A DNA stretch of 64,000 nucleotides, from contig LSRY02000025.1 in assembly GCA_001643675.2 (NCBI GenBank), forward strand, positions 620,001-684,000, given 5' to 3'. Shown in pieces: positions 1 to 13,410 of the stretch. This DNA is from Monocercomonoides exilis PA203 (taxonomy: Eukaryota > Protista > Preaxostyla). Position numbers and translations under genes: made by a program. A model generated the notes under the pieces. The model worked only from the letters and a program-made list of their open reading frames with translations, was not told the DNA's origin and did not search any database. Positions within the stretch are counted from its first letter, which is position 1. Every line of letters begins with the position of its first letter.

Positions 1-709
1 ACCTGATCATTTTTTATCAATTGTCAAATGTTCAAAGAACCTTTTAAAATGAAAGAAACAATCTTAACCATTCAGCGAATCAGCAAAGGCATTTATTAGT
101 TATTTGTTGTTTGATATTTCGCTTGAAATCAAATATTTCAAAAAGATTTAACATTTTTTTATTCAAATTTGCAAAGAAAACAAAGAAGAAGGCTCATTAT
201 TACAAGTTGGTGGACATTTTTCCATTTTAGATTTTTCTTCGAATTACCAACTGTGAATTTGAATGCACGATCGTGCAGCAATCAAATTCTATTTTGGTGA
301 CTCTATCGAAATTGTTAATAATAATGATTTAAACAATCAGTTTAATATCTTTTTTTCTCTTCAAAGATTTCTTAAACATTCTGAGATGCTAAGCAAAAAT
401 ACAAAGTGATTTGAATCTGTTTTTTCTACATATAATGAGTAAAATCTGATTGGTTTTCTTTTCTATATCATCTCTAGCATCTCTCAGCTATGCAAAAGGA
501 AATAAAAAATATTCAAAAAAAGGTTTAAGTGTATTAATGTCTTTTTGGAATAACAAATGCTCATGATGTGATTTATGAATGTTTTGTTTCAAAAGGTTAT
601 TGGTAAGCTTTTCTGAAATGTTATATAAAAAATATAAAGCAAAAAAAGAACAAATTCATATGAAATATCTTTGTTCTTTGAAACAAAAAGATTACAAACT
701 GATTTTCAT

Positions 710-2362
710 TCAAACTTTGACTTTCTTTTCTTTTCCTGCATCACCTTTTATTCCAACTGTGTTCTCATGTGAATCACGCTCATCTGTTGTTCCGAACATG
801 TTGAAGTCTGTTAATGAAGGCTGAATCAGATTATTAATTGCGACTTTTTCCAGTAAATCTTCTACTTCGTTAATAACTTTATGACTATCTTTGGGTGGTG
901 ATTTATCTTCAATGAACTCTTTTAACATGTTCCACATTTTATTTGCCTCTCCAATTGTTTTGACTTTTCTTTTTCTTCCTTCTTCATCAACTTTCACCTT
1001 TTCGGTTATTTCATCTTCGGAAACATTCGACTTTGATATTATTGAATCAACAATCTCTTCTTCGGATAGAATTTCTCTTGTTATTTCGTGATCTTCAGCC
1101 TGGTAAAATTCCTCGGCAGTTATTTCGAAAAGATCGCTGTCTCTGGTTTTCAATTTTTCAAACAGCACATTATACTCGTTCATTTCATCTTCCTCGATAT
1201 TCACAATTACTTTTTCTTTTTCTTTAGCAGGATCCCATTCCGCATGCTTGAAACAATTTTCTATTGTTTCCTTTTTAACTTTTTTCCAAGCTTTTTCCAC
1301 CATGTTTAAAACTTCAAGTATTGTAATCTTCGTTGCAACCCCACATTCAACTTTTGCCAGTTTTTTTCTAAGAAATAGACATTTATAGAAGTGTTTAAAG
1401 ACTTTGATAATACCTGCGTCCATTGGTTGGATAATGGACGTTACATTAGGAGGTAAATAAAATAATGAAACATGAGACAAATTGACACTATCTGCACTAT
1501 GAGCTGCACAGTTGTCGACAATTAACGCAATTTTCCTATGTGAAATGGACATTTTTTCGTTAAGTCTTTTGACGTAATCATTAAAAATGACTGCATTCAT
1601 CCATGACTTTTTTGAATGATTATAAAGGGTTGGTAAGAATTTTCCTTTCAAACATCTTGGCGATTTTGATTTGCCGATCACAAGAGGGCATAGCTTTTCT
1701 CCTGTCATACTTGCGGCAAGAAGAACGGAAACCCTATCTTTCGATTGTTTGATTCCAGAAACCGAACAACTGCCTTCGGTAAAAGTTTGTTTCGCTGATT
1801 GATTGTAAAATAAACCTAATTCATCTGCGTTGAATATGTTGTTCTCCCCATATTGATTTATAATTGTAGGCAAAGTAAAATCAATCCATTTGGCGGCACT
1901 GTCCTTGTCTGCAGACAATGACTCTCCAACGATTTTCTTTGAAGTTATATTGTATCGCATTCTCCATCGTTCTATCCAACTATCCCAGTTGCGTTCTGAA
2001 GGATTTTTGTAGTGAAATTGATTGGCGAAATACTGTGTTTTCTCTAAAAGCATTCTTCCATCAATAGCTATTTCAGGGTTTGAAGACCTTATTTGTCGAA
2101 ACCAAATAATCATCGCTTCGTCTAACTCTGGATATATCGTTGGTCGAATTCGAAATGTGATATCAGGCTTAATAACAGATGAACTCTGTTTTAATATTGC
2201 TTCTTTGTTTTTTAATATTTTTGAAATTGTTGAGAAATCAATATTAAAATCTTTTGCAATGATATTTCTTGGTTGAGGAGGGTTCGAACTCAACTTGTTG
2301 ATGATATCTAATTTTTGAACAAAAGAAAGTTTTGTTCTTTTATTCACACCTGTTGTTTTCAT
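710..2362 (-). CDS. pogo/Tigger-family transposase (HTH + CENP-B-type HTH + DDE_1), intact intronless 550-aa ORF
   Basis: N-terminal HTH (KLSFVQKLDII...IAKDFNIDFSTISKILK), CENP-B-type HTH (YPELDEAMIIWF...WIERWRMRYNI), catalytic motifs IFNADELGLF, LIVDNCAAH and LPPNVTSIIQPMDAGII (DD31D spacing), C-terminal PIP-box-like QPSLTDFN. Confidence 0.95.
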   Translation of the reverse strand: MKTTGVNKRTKLSFVQKLDIINKLSSNPPQPRNIIAKDFNIDFSTISKILKNKEAILKQSSSVIKPDITFRIRPTIYPELDEAMIIWFRQIRSSNPEIAIDGRMLLEKTQYFANQFHYKNPSERNWDSWIERWRMRYNITSKKIVGESLSADKDSAAKWIDFTLPTIINQYGENNIFNADELGLFYNQSAKQTFTEGSCSVSGIKQSKDRVSVLLAASMTGEKLCPLVIGKSKSPRCLKGKFLPTLYNHSKKSWMNAVIFNDYVKRLNEKMSISHRKIALIVDNCAAHSADSVNLSHVSLFYLPPNVTSIIQPMDAGIIKVFKHFYKCLFLRKKLAKVECGVATKITILEVLNMVEKAWKKVKKETIENCFKHAEWDPAKEKEKVIVNIEEDEMNEYNVLFEKLKTRDSDLFEITAEEFYQAEDHEITREILSEEEIVDSIISKSNVSEDEITEKVKVDEEGRKRKVKTIGEANKMWNMLKEFIEDKSPPKDSHKVINEVEDLLEKVAINNLIQPSLTDFNMFGTTDERDSHENTVGIKGDAGKEKKVKV

Positions 2363-2685
2363 CTTAACTTTTAGAATTTCGAATTTAAATTTGGAGAATA
2401 TGGTTCAAAAACGTTTGAAATATTTCATGAAAATTAACCATATTGATCAATATTAATTTCTATCAAATAATTAATTATAAATTAGTTCATATTCGTTGGA
2501 TATTTTTAAAATTAAAAACAAAAAATTTCACCCATATTAAAATAAAATGTGATTATATATTTTCAGCTCTGTGATAATATGCGATGAAAAATGAATGAAA
2601 AAAAGGAAAAAATGTTCGTGCATGGAAAAATGTGATTATAAACGAATGTGATAATATGCGATGTGATTATATCCGGTTTAGACTG
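710..2685 (-). mobile_element. pogo/Tigger DNA transposon; only the 5' end is visible
   Basis: Minus strand reads TA|CAGTCTAAACCGGATATAATCACATCGC with TA at 2686-2687, a pogo-type CAGT terminus. Subterminal GTGAT[TA]AT repeats lie at about 2548-2670. No matching TIR found in 1-709, so the left boundary is set at the transposase stop. Confidence 0.8.
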
Positions 2686-2719
2686 TATTTCAAATTAAAT
2701 TTCATACGGATAGTGCCAT

Positions 2720-4770
2720 TCACTGTCAAATGTTCAACTCCTTCTTTCCTCTCTTTAACTTTCTCTATTAATCATGAAACACTTTTTCCGAAACTAATAT
2801 TTGCTCAATCACATTTGTAACGATTATCCAATTAAACTTCTCCCTCTTCTCCTTCTGCATAACAATCATATTGAACAAGAATAACTTTCTCTTTCTTCTT
2901 CTATTGCTCCTTCATTAACTTCATCTTCATTTATTTTATCTCCTTCATCTCCTTCCCCTTCCCCTTCTTCTTCCTCCTCCTCTTTTTATTCCTCCTCCTC
3001 CCCCTCTTCTTCTTCTTCTTCTCTCTCTTCTCTCTCTCCTTTCTTTCAACATATCAGAAAATAGTTCTTTATTCTCTTTCCTTTATCAATTTGCACTTTC
3101 TAAATACTTTCTCGTTTCACTCATATGCTGAATTTTCACTCTTCTGCGTCTTATTGACGCTTTGCGGAATTTTTTTCTTTTCTTTTGCTTCCTCCTACGC
3201 TAAATGAGTTTAAATATTCATTGAATTCGCTTCGTCCAGTTATCTTCGCTTCTCTCCACTCTTATTTTGCTTATATTCCGTTGTTCTCGCATCCGCTTCA
3301 TTTTTCTTTCCCTTTTTCTCATCTCTCATAAATATGTCTTCCACATTAAACTCATCTTTATCATCATTATTATTTCTTTAATAATATCTTCTCCTTCCCT
3401 TCCTCCACTTCCTCTTTTTTCTTTTCAATCTCCTCCTAACAGATTGTTTATGTAGCTGTGCTTTGTGTTGTGTGGGAGAAGTGTGACTTTTCACACCTGA
3501 ATATCACCATCAGCGAACATTTTTGCAATACAGGGGTCGTCTGCAGAAAGTTGTTGAACAGCTAATATGGAGAAGTTGATAATTGATCTGTTGATTTGTT
3601 GCAGGAGGAGAACATCGAAATGGAGAAGAATGGCCAGTCGCAACGGTGAAAGTACTGGATAACGAAGAGACAACGACCTGGGGCTTCAGCTGTGCTCGCT
3701 GGACTGGCTGGTGAGGAAAATGCGAATAGCTTCGCTGTTCAGGCCAAGAGAAAGAGAGTCATTTTATATGTAAATTCCATGTTGTGTGCTATTAGTGATG
3801 GTCATTTCGTTGTTGCATAATATGTTGCTGAAGAAGCCTTGTTGAAGTTCGAAGTGCCTCTGCTTATTGAACATGCCTCAAGTGTAGCTGAAGAGTTAAA
3901 GCGGAAAACTGATGAGCTTTCAAGAGACAATGGAACCCCGCTCTGGGCAATGGTTTCTTTGGCTGTTTCACTCGCTGTGCTGCTGTTTCACTCGGATAGG
4001 TTACCGCAGAGCTGATTGAGTGAGATGAAGGTGAAGAAAATGTGAATCATGCTTTAGAAGCTTTCTGACTGATTTGGACCAGAAGAAGCAGAAGAAGAAG
4101 GAAGTGTGTATAGCAGGGGATCCGCTGAGGAGGCAGTAGAAGGAAGAGTGGGACAATACAAAGGAAAAGCGACAGCTGGTGAGGATGCAGTTGTTGAAAA
4201 TAGCGACTACGGCAACGAGAAAGTTGTGGCGAAGTGAACAAAAACAAGATTTTCAGAGGTTCAATGGACTCGCACGTCAGCAAGGGAGATATGGGTGTTG
4301 AAGAAAAAGGAGGCGAAGATTCAGAAGGCGTTGCCGATGGTGCGGTAGAAATGGAGCATGGTTGTGCAGAGTGAAGCGCTGGAGGAAAGCGGAGAACAGC
4401 ACTGGTGGGCAGACGAACCCGTATCCTGGTCGAAGAATTTCTGGGGAAATCGGAAGATGAAGAATATCGAGATCGAGGAAGAAGCTGGAATGGGAGAAGT
4501 CAGAGCTGCACATGGAGAAGTTTCTGAAAAGAGAGGCGTGAGTGATGACGAGGAATAAGATGGACTCGTTGATTTGGGCGAGGTTTCTGGAGCACCGAAG
4601 AAGGTCATTATTTCCCGCATGGGTTTCGTTCAAGGAGAAGCAAAGACTGAGGATGAAGTGAAAGATGGCAGAGGTGTTTGCATGCTTGGTATCGTTGACA
4701 AACAGCCCACTAACTCTTTCTGTTGTTTGGGAGCAGTTGTCCAGGTGGAGGATGCATGCTCACATTAACA
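2720..4770. pseudogene. Decayed coding-like and low-complexity sequence with no coherent ORF
   Basis: GC content above intergenic level, pyrimidine-rich E/K/R-type runs on the minus strand at 2880-3440, only short interrupted ORFs. Confidence 0.35.
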
Positions 4771-4856
4771 GCAGCAATATCTTGCAAAATAGAATAAATG
4801 ATCGATATCCAGAGAGCAGTCCAGTACAAATATGCGCTGAAGTCCAAGCCTGTTTC

Positions 4857-6303
4857 TTAGTCAACAAACACCTCGCTGGTCATGTTGGTCCACAGTTGTC
4901 TTCTTCCCACAACACTCATCCCGCTCCCCACTTTCGCAACATCCCCCTTCCCGCTCGTTTCTGACCCAACCAACACAGTGCTGTCACATTCGAAGCTCGC
5001 TGCAATCTTCTCTTGACTCTTTTCACACAGCCCCAACTTCAGAATCAACAAAGCCAAAGACTGAACCTCCCCGCCTCCCGCAGACGACAACGAAGAAGGT
5101 GTGGCAAGCGATATCCCTGCCCCTGACACTGCCCCCTCGCTGTACTCACTCGCCACTCTGCCCTGCTGAGAATGCAGCTTCTTCTCCTTCTCAATACCCA
5201 CATCAATCAGCTCCACCTTCTCATTCATCGCTACCAGCTGCTGCAGCTCCTTCACATCTGTGTTATTCTTCTCGTTCAGCTCCAGTATCTTCCTCTCTCG
5301 CATCCTTTGATCTTGTCATTCTGCTGCAGCTGCTCCACCAGCCCGTTCGTCCGCTTCGAGATCCGCTCGTAATCCCGGATCTTCTGCAGTAGCATGACGA
5401 ACTCTGAATTCCGCTTCTCCATCTCCTGCTTCGCCTCCTCGTGCAGCTCCATTAGCTCCGGAATCTGCCGCACCATCCCCTCCTTCTCCACTCCCAGCTC
5501 CACAACATGCCCCTCGCACTTTCCGTCCGTCTTGCTTAGCGTCTGAGCAGCGTTCGCCTTTGTCTCCTCCAGGTCTTCCTTCTTGTTCTTCAGCTCTACC
5601 CCTCTTCACACGCCGCAACTCTTAGCCTCTTCACTTCTTCGTCCAATTTCACAACCACACTCTCGACAACTGCAATTGCCATATCTGCAGCGAAGAGTTT
5701 AAATTGATCGTTAATCGACAATAACTCATTCACATCTGCTGCTGCAAAGATCCGCTTGCTTCCCGACTTCGTGCCAACTTTCACTGCACGCGACGGAAGC
5801 TGCCCCATCAGCGAAACCGAAAGCATCGCCGAAAGCGCCACATCGTACGCACACACAACACCCCCATACAGCACCCCCCGCCGCGTCACAACATATCCAT
5901 GCAGTGTCTGCAGCGACAGCGGCATGTGCCGCCCAAACACCCCAGCCGCCTCAGGTTCCACAATCCTCAGCCGCCTCTCTGTGTCATCCATAGCTCCGGT
6001 CGATGTGTATGACGCTGCCACAGCAGATGCATCCGAAGGGTCAATCGCAGGTGCTGATAATGATGGCTGATCATCTCCTGCTGCCTTCTTCTCTTCGCTT
6101 TTCCGCCTCCGGAATGGCGAAGTTGATCGGCGTGACGCTCCTGTTGAAGAAGACGAAGAAGACAAAGGCGCTGAGTTCAGAGACAACTGAATCGCATCAA
6201 CTCCCGCAATAAGCTTTTTGATACAACTCATCGCACAAAATTGCAGCGCCTTTCGTGTCACAAAAACAAAGTCCATATTCAAATAAGAAACGTCAATCAT
6301 CAC
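4857..6303 (-). pseudogene. Frameshifted gene for a coiled-coil protein
   Basis: Protein-like text passes through three frames (...KLDEEVKRLRVA / VKRVELKNKKEDLEETK...QQNDKIK / RERKILELNEKNNTDVKELQQL) with shifts near 5610 and 5303 and no AT-rich intron-like gap. Confidence 0.6.
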
Positions 6304-7476
6304 AGAAATCTCATCTTTTTGATATAATGGAAAAGAAAGAACAGAATTTCTTTTGAAAAGACTTGAAATGAGAAAAAATAGATGAGAAAAAAAAGAAAAT
6401 GAAAAGTTGAAAGCTATTTAAGACATAATTCATGTTATGATTCAAAACATGAGATGCCATTTCTTTTTTGAATTTTTTTGCAAAAGTACATTAAATGCAA
6501 GAAATTGTAGTTGTCAATTATTTATTTATAATAAAACTAAAAATTGCTCTATGCAAACAACTTTTTGAATTTCTTTCAATTCAATGAGGACAGTATCGAT
6601 GAAATTTTCTTATTTAACAATTTCTGATAAAATACTCATATTAAAGCAAGTTAAAATCTATCTGTTTTTCAACATAGAAATATATTTAAAAAGAATTCTC
6701 CTGACAATATATTAAACATTTAAACCAACTGTTGAAATGAAAACAAAGAAATATAAACAAATTCTTCTGTGACTTCAAAAAACAAGAAAAATATTATTTA
6801 AATCATAAAAGTGATTCAATAGTAAATTGGGTATTTGAAATCTATTTTATAAAACCGCAATATTTGGGGATAGGGGGCAAAACTCAATAGAATAACATTC
6901 AGCAATATATAATGGTAACGGAATGATCAACATTTTTTGATCATTTGTGATCTGATTTTCAGATCAATTAATATTTTGTGACTTTTCAAAAAAAATTACC
7001 CTAATATGTTTTGATTTTGATTATAAAAATTCGTTCAGAGATAATTAATTTATATTCAACATCTTCTGCTTCGTTAGAATCTCATATTTTGATTGCAATT
7101 TTCTCCTTTAAATTCCTGTTGACAAAATAATATGCATCCGAAAATTTCTCAATATTCATTGGTTCTTTTTCCATCTGTGGAAACTGGCACATGTGATTTT
7201 CATGCAGAATGTTTACAGGTGTATTTTTTCCTGAAGAGGAAAATTTTTTATTTTTGAATTATTTTGATGTGCATTTTTCATTCAAAATTTGTAACTCAAA
7301 ATTATTTTCTGGATTCGGAGTTTTTTTTCTTTTTTTTTTTTAATAAATCAATTTTTCTAAAAACTTTTCTCCTCATTTTTTGTGTACACCAATAAAAAAG
7401 TCAAAATAAAACAAAGACCATATTCATCTTCTTTTGCTCCATTTGACTGAACAGAAACAATAAGAGAAAGAAAATT

Positions 7477-8470
7477 GTGAAAATGTTTCTTCAAAAAAGT
7501 TTCAATTTATCACACAAACCAAACAAAGAATTCAAAGCATTTGCAAACTCACATTTCCCCAAAAGAATGAATGCGAACAGATTGCTGGCGTCAAAAAAGA
7601 AGAAGTTGATGAAGAAAAGCTATGATTTTCATCACTCACAGAAGGAGTTGAAGACATTAAAGAGATTTTTTAACTGCTTTTCAGAGGCAAAATAATTGGT
7701 GCTTCCACCAAAAGAACCATATCAATCAAATTGAAATTTGATGAAAAACAATTGAAACCAGATTATTCAGAAAATTTTGCTCTTCCATCTTCAGTCAAAG
7801 CAGCTTTCGCTTTGCTCCATTTGATAAAAACAGAAACAAAAAAACATCTTCTCAATCCAAACAGCGTAATATTTCCTCTTTCTTCGTCCACAAACAGCAG
7901 AATTCCAAATTGAAGCATGTGAACAGGAGAAGTCCCATTCAGAAGATGTGTTGTTGAATGTGCCAATGAAAGAAGAAGGTGGATTTTTGGAAACAACTTC
8001 ATTTCAAAGCACGATGACAGAGAAACCACAAACAAGGCATCGGCTCTTTTGGTGGGAAGAGAACACAAAGGAAATTGCACTTTCAACCTTTGAAATGGAG
8101 AAAGAGGAATTGAAAATTTCAAGTGTAAAAATGATGAAGGATTTGAGGAGTTGCAACCGCAGCAACTGCAATGAAGAAGAAGAGGATTTCCGAATGGAAG
8201 TTGATGGAACATGTGTCGAAGATGAAGATGTGAATGAGGAAAAATGCACAACAACAAAACAAATATAAATGCAAATAAAAGAAATTTAATTAAAAAAATG
8301 AATAATACAAATATTAAACCGGAAGAGGACGATTGCCATGATGAAAACTGAAACGAAAGGTCAAAAAAAATTATTCGAAATTAGCTGCAAAACAACTTCA
8401 AGAAAAATTCAAGGAAAAAAAAAAAAGAAGAAGAAGAACAGGAAGAATAAAACTTTAATGAATACTGTTA
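7477..8470 (+). pseudogene. Degenerate fragment of an E/K-rich hypothetical gene
   Basis: Chain of short same-strand ORFs (7477-7695, 7731-7913, 7948-8268) separated by stops and frameshifts. Confidence 0.4.
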
Positions 8471-8516
8471 GTAAGATGGAGAAATTAACTTCTTGCTTGT
8501 TATTATTTCATGATTC

Positions 8517-10011
8517 TTAATGATGAATAATAAAATCGTTAAGATCAATTGGCAATCCAAAGAAATAAAATCCATCCAAATCTGTTTCATAGAAGCTGAC
8601 GATACAATCTTCATATCCTTCTTCTTCCATCTTCTCACGCAGCTCTCTATATAACGTTTCTTTCTGCTTCTCTTTTTCATTTTCTTCTTTCGCCTTTCCA
8701 TTCAGCCAGTTCCAGGCAAACAACAAAAATGTCATCAATCCGTTTTTCTTTCTGTATTTTACGCTCAATGCCCTCGAAAGGAGATAAAAAACACGAGCGT
8801 TGTATGGAAGAAAATCTTTTTCAATTGTCGGCTGATGCATTTCCTCCAGAAGGAAATAAACAATCTCTTCACCCAGCAAGCAAAAAGTTGATTTTTGCAT
8901 TTGAAAAATCACAAAGCGAAAAATTGAACAGCAAGTGTTATATATATATCTGTGGTTGAACTTAGCTTCTCTGCATACACCAACGATGGATTTCGCCAGT
9001 TTGGTGTATTCCTCATTCTGATTATGAAAGCGCGTAATATAAAAATGCATTGTATCAATCCATCTCTTCAAAGCAACCTCTTCTTTTGCTTCTTTTCCTT
9101 TTCTGTTCCAATTCACGCTTTTCGATAGCTCTTCCAATTCTCTTGTTGCTTCTCTCACAAAACGCAGCTCATTTTCTATCGCTTTTTTTAAAGATTGATC
9201 TTTGTAAAATCTTTCAATCAAAAATCGCCAAGCAGAATGATGAGCAAGTCTTGTCAGATTGTTGCGTTCCTGATGATTCAAGATAATCTCTTTCAATTCA
9301 TTCAAAAACAATTCTTTTTTCACTTTCTAATCAAAAAATATGAAAAAAAGCAATTAAAAAATAAATTGAAATAAAAAATTGAAATTAAATTTGCAATCAA
9401 ACTAACAGATCAATTAATCACACCGTCATTCGTCCAATATTTGACATAGCCAGCAAAGCCATTTCCACTTCTTTTTGATTCTCCTTTCTTTCCTCTTTGT
9501 TCAATGCAACTTTCAGAAGGCAAGGCACACAAATTGAAAGCAATGCTTCTGAAAAATAGTCATAATACCGATTCAGTAAGAAATAGCATTCGCAGAGATC
9601 AACAAGAAGCTTTTCATTCTTTTTCTTCTTTTCTTTAACAATCATCTTCTGAAGTCTTTTACCCAATGAAGATTCAGCAAATTTATCATTCAATGCACCT
9701 TTCAGCACTTTGCAATATCCCATGTGTTTCAACAACGGAATGGCATTTTCCAAAGATATTTTCCTTTCTTCCAGCATATCGTTCAATCTGTCGAGCTGTC
9801 CATTTGTGAAAACAGAACATAATTCTTCTCCGCTCATTTCATTCATTAGTTTGTTCATTTCTTCGATTTTCTGTTTTTGTTCAATTTCAGAACAATTCTC
9901 CAGTTCAGAAAACAATTCTTCAAAATTAACAAAGAAGAGAACGCAATCATCAGGAATTCAAACGAAAAATGTTTGCAAGCCAGTGAATTTTTCCACTGGA
10001 AGCTTCTGCAT
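8517..10011 (-). CDS. Lineage-expanded hypothetical helical protein family, copy 1. Exons about 10011-9981, 9917-9424, 9326-8517
   Basis: Motifs KFTELFSELE, EKLLVDLCECY, QKEVEMALLA, KKELFLNE...NLTRLA and EEEGYEDCI are shared with the copies at 29.0 and 36.5 kb. Introns 9980-9918 (GC..AG) and 9423-9327 (GT..AG) restore the frame. A further upstream exon is possible. Confidence 0.8.
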
Positions 10012-10519
10012 TTCCCCCCCGAGTTAATTCATCCAGAAAGCATTCGCAACACGCCATTTCGTTCGAAGGATCGCCCAGTTTGAAAGAACAAAATGACAAA
10101 AAAAAAAATAAAAACATTGCACAATCAATAAAATATAAGATCGCATACCGCATTCATTTGCATTGACATTTTTGGCAAGCAACTGTCGAGAAAAGCAATG
10201 AATAATTGAAATCTGTTTCTTGTAATGGATTCAACGATCAAACTGGTTTTTTAAAAAACAAAAATATATGTTCATAAAATGAGAGATTAGCGAACAAAAA
10301 TTAACTGTGGAATTCGTAATATTGTTTTCTTGACAATGTTTGATTACGATGGAAACAAATTAAATTTTGCTATTCGAAAAATTTAAAAAAAAAAAAAGAA
10401 AAGAAAAGAAATAAAGAAGAAAATCTGTGTTCATAAATTTAGAATGAGGACAACTGTTCATTTGTATTTATCATGTTTTTTATCGGATTGAAGATATCTG
10501 CATCTGTTGCCTTTGAAAA

Positions 10520-11790
10520 GCTGGAGAAAAGAACTGTTTTCGAAAATGGCAACTATTTCGCTTTTTGGAACATAATTGCAAGGAAGAAAGCTGATCGTTG
10601 TTATGCAACAAGTTGATGAAAGAGAAAGAGCAAAACAAGGACTTTTCTGGATTTCAGTTTGAATGAAGGAATGAAAATAAAACCAGATAAATAAATTCAA
10701 AGAAGGGATGAAAGAAATCGAGGGAAAAAGAGCATTTCACGCATTCGGATTGTTTTGGCATAACGAGAAAGATGAGCAGAACTTGGGTGTGTTGAATAAA
10801 TAATGTTGTTAGAAACATCAAAAGCTGGATATTTATTGAGAAAAAAATGAAAGAAAACAATGCGATTCAATGAAACAAGAAAACAGCGGAATTATTTGCT
10901 GGACGATTTTCTGCACTTTCAATTCTAGCAGACCAGTGCTTTGGAATATTTGAAGGGAAGAAAAGATTTTTCTGAATTCATTTTTGATCTGAAGAAAATG
11001 AGAAATATCAGTGACAATGCAACATTCAGTTGTCAAATGGTTGTTGTGAATCAGACAAATTTTATGGAAGCCGTACTCGGATTTTCATCTTCAAGGTGTG
11101 TGCTATTGGAGTGGGTCAATTGATTATTATGCCAAGATTGTTTGATAAAGCATCACAATCAACATCAGGTGAGCTGTTGATTGTTATCATCTTTGGCTTT
11201 CTCTTCACTCTTCATTCTCCTTCCAACAGAGTCTTTGTTTTCTCCTGCTTTTGTGTTTGAGCCTGTTTTATTGAAGATCTCCATGGTCTGGTTTCCTATC
11301 TCATGCAGAACAAACATCATGAAACAAACATCAACATTTCATATCTCTTTGCTTATGATGTGGCAGCATCACCAGATTCTTTCATTCACGTTGTTATTAT
11401 TCTTTTCATGCAACTTTTATCCAATTCAACACATAACCTTGTCTTCCAAATTCAATGCAGAAGCACAAAAGAAATGTTTATTTCTTCCAGCATTATCTCT
11501 TGAATTTATGACACTGTGAAGGAAATGCTATTTTGAGCAAAGAATAGACTATCAGAAGAAGTTATTCTTGCATGGAAAAAAACTGAGCATATGGTTTGGA
11601 AGTTGAAAGAATTCAAAGAAAAAAGAAAGAACTGGGAAGCAAGGATTGCTTGGCACGGATGGAATCCAAAAGAGCTTTTTGTCCAATCAAAAGATTCGCG
11701 TGTGCATTCAATGAAAAAGGGAAGAATCAAAGGAGATGGAGAGACAACAAATGGAACAAAGATTGGAAATGGAAAAAGATAAAAGAAGGC
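10520..11790 (+). pseudogene. Degenerate gene remnant; part of it is repeated at 52.7 kb
   Basis: Short interrupted ORFs; 10660-10795 aligns by eye with 52688-52825 (GAATGAAGGAATGAAAATAAAACCAG...TAACGAGAAAGATGAGCAGA). Confidence 0.45.
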
Positions 11791-11914
11791 ATTTCGTAAA
11801 CAAAAAAGGGGAAATAAATCATAATATATGATGGAATTATTCAATTTTCTTGGTATCATTATTTGATGAAACAAGAGAACATCGGACATTTCCACAGAGC
11901 CAAGTAAATAACAT

Positions 11915-11915
<1 letters not shown>

Positions 11916-11960
<45 letters not shown>

Positions 11961-13410
11961 AACTGGAATTATCAGTGAATTTGTTATTGCCAGTGAAATA
12001 CAACATAAAATGCAGCATTTTTGTATACTGAACGAAAAATGAACTGAGGAATGCGTCTGACTCAAAGTGCAGATGAGTTTGAGAGATTAAGAATGATGAA
12101 ATCCCAAATGAAGGCATGTTCTGCATTTTCAATTGAAAAAAGAGAAGATTATAATCATGGACAAAACCCGGGAAATGGACAAAACCCGGAATTTTTTTTA
12201 AAATTCATATTTTTCAACAAGTTTAAAAAATTAAATTATGATAATTCATGCATTCATATATCAGCATATAACACATCTTACCATATCCAAATTTTTATTT
12301 GTTGTGCTGTATTTAGGAAGAAATAAATTATTTTTATTTTTGAAAATTTGACTTTTAATGAATTTTTCTATTTCAACTAAACGATTCAGTTCATCTTTTA
12401 TACACACAACTTATTTTTTCTTTGTTGCAAACTGTTCTGGCTATTTTTCATTTTCGGCAATTTGCTATTTCTGACGGAATGAAAATCTGTCATTTTCAAA
12501 AAAACACAGTCAATTGGATAACTTAAAAAATATATTTAGCAAAACACAAAAACATCCAAGTGAATTTAACACATGCATCAATAAATTTGATCGTTATATG
12601 AAATTTCTTTATTGATGATATACAAAATAATTCAGTAGATATTTCATTTATAAAGATTGTTTTCATTATTGATGATTTATAATGATCATTTTCATAGGTT
12701 TTACTACAAAATTGTATTTTGTGAAATATCTACTGAATTATTTTGTATATCATCAATAAAGAAATTTCATATAACGATCAAATTTATTGATGCATGTGTT
12801 AAATTCACTTGGATGTTTTTGTGTTTTGCTAAATATATTTTTTAAGTTATCCAATTGACTGTGTTTTTTTGAAAATGACAGATTTTCATTCCGTCAGAAA
12901 TAGCAAATTGCCGAAAATGAAAAATAGCCAGAACAGTTTGCAACAAAGAAAAAATAAGTTGTGTGTATAAAAGATGAACTGAATCGTTTAGTTGAAATAG
13001 AAAAATTCATTAAAAGTCAAATTTTCAAAAATAAAAATAATTTATTTCTTCCTAAATACAGCACAACAAATAAAAATTTGGATATGGTAAGATGTGTTAT
13101 ATGCTGATATATGAATGCATGAATTATCATAATTTAATTTTTTAAACTTGTTGAAAAATATGAATTTTAAAAAAAATTCCGGGTTTTGTCCATTTCCCGG
13201 GTTTTGTCCATGATTATAATCTTCTCTTTTTTCAATTGAAAATGCAGAACATGCCTTCATTTGGGATTTCATCATTCTTAATCTCTCAAACTCATCTGCA
13301 CTTTGAGTCAGACGCATTCCTCAGTTCATTTTTCGTTCAGTATACAAAAATGCTGCATTTTATGTTGTATTTCACTGGCAATAACAAATTCACTGATAAT
13401 TCCAGTTCCC

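Noticed and set aside
6829-7001. Possible degenerate copy of the GGGTAATT MITE
   Set aside because: Only the right end matches well; the left end is too weak to call an element
12051-13317. Two identical 91-aa ORFs on opposite strands
   Set aside because: A by-product of the palindrome; AT-rich with no recognisable protein features
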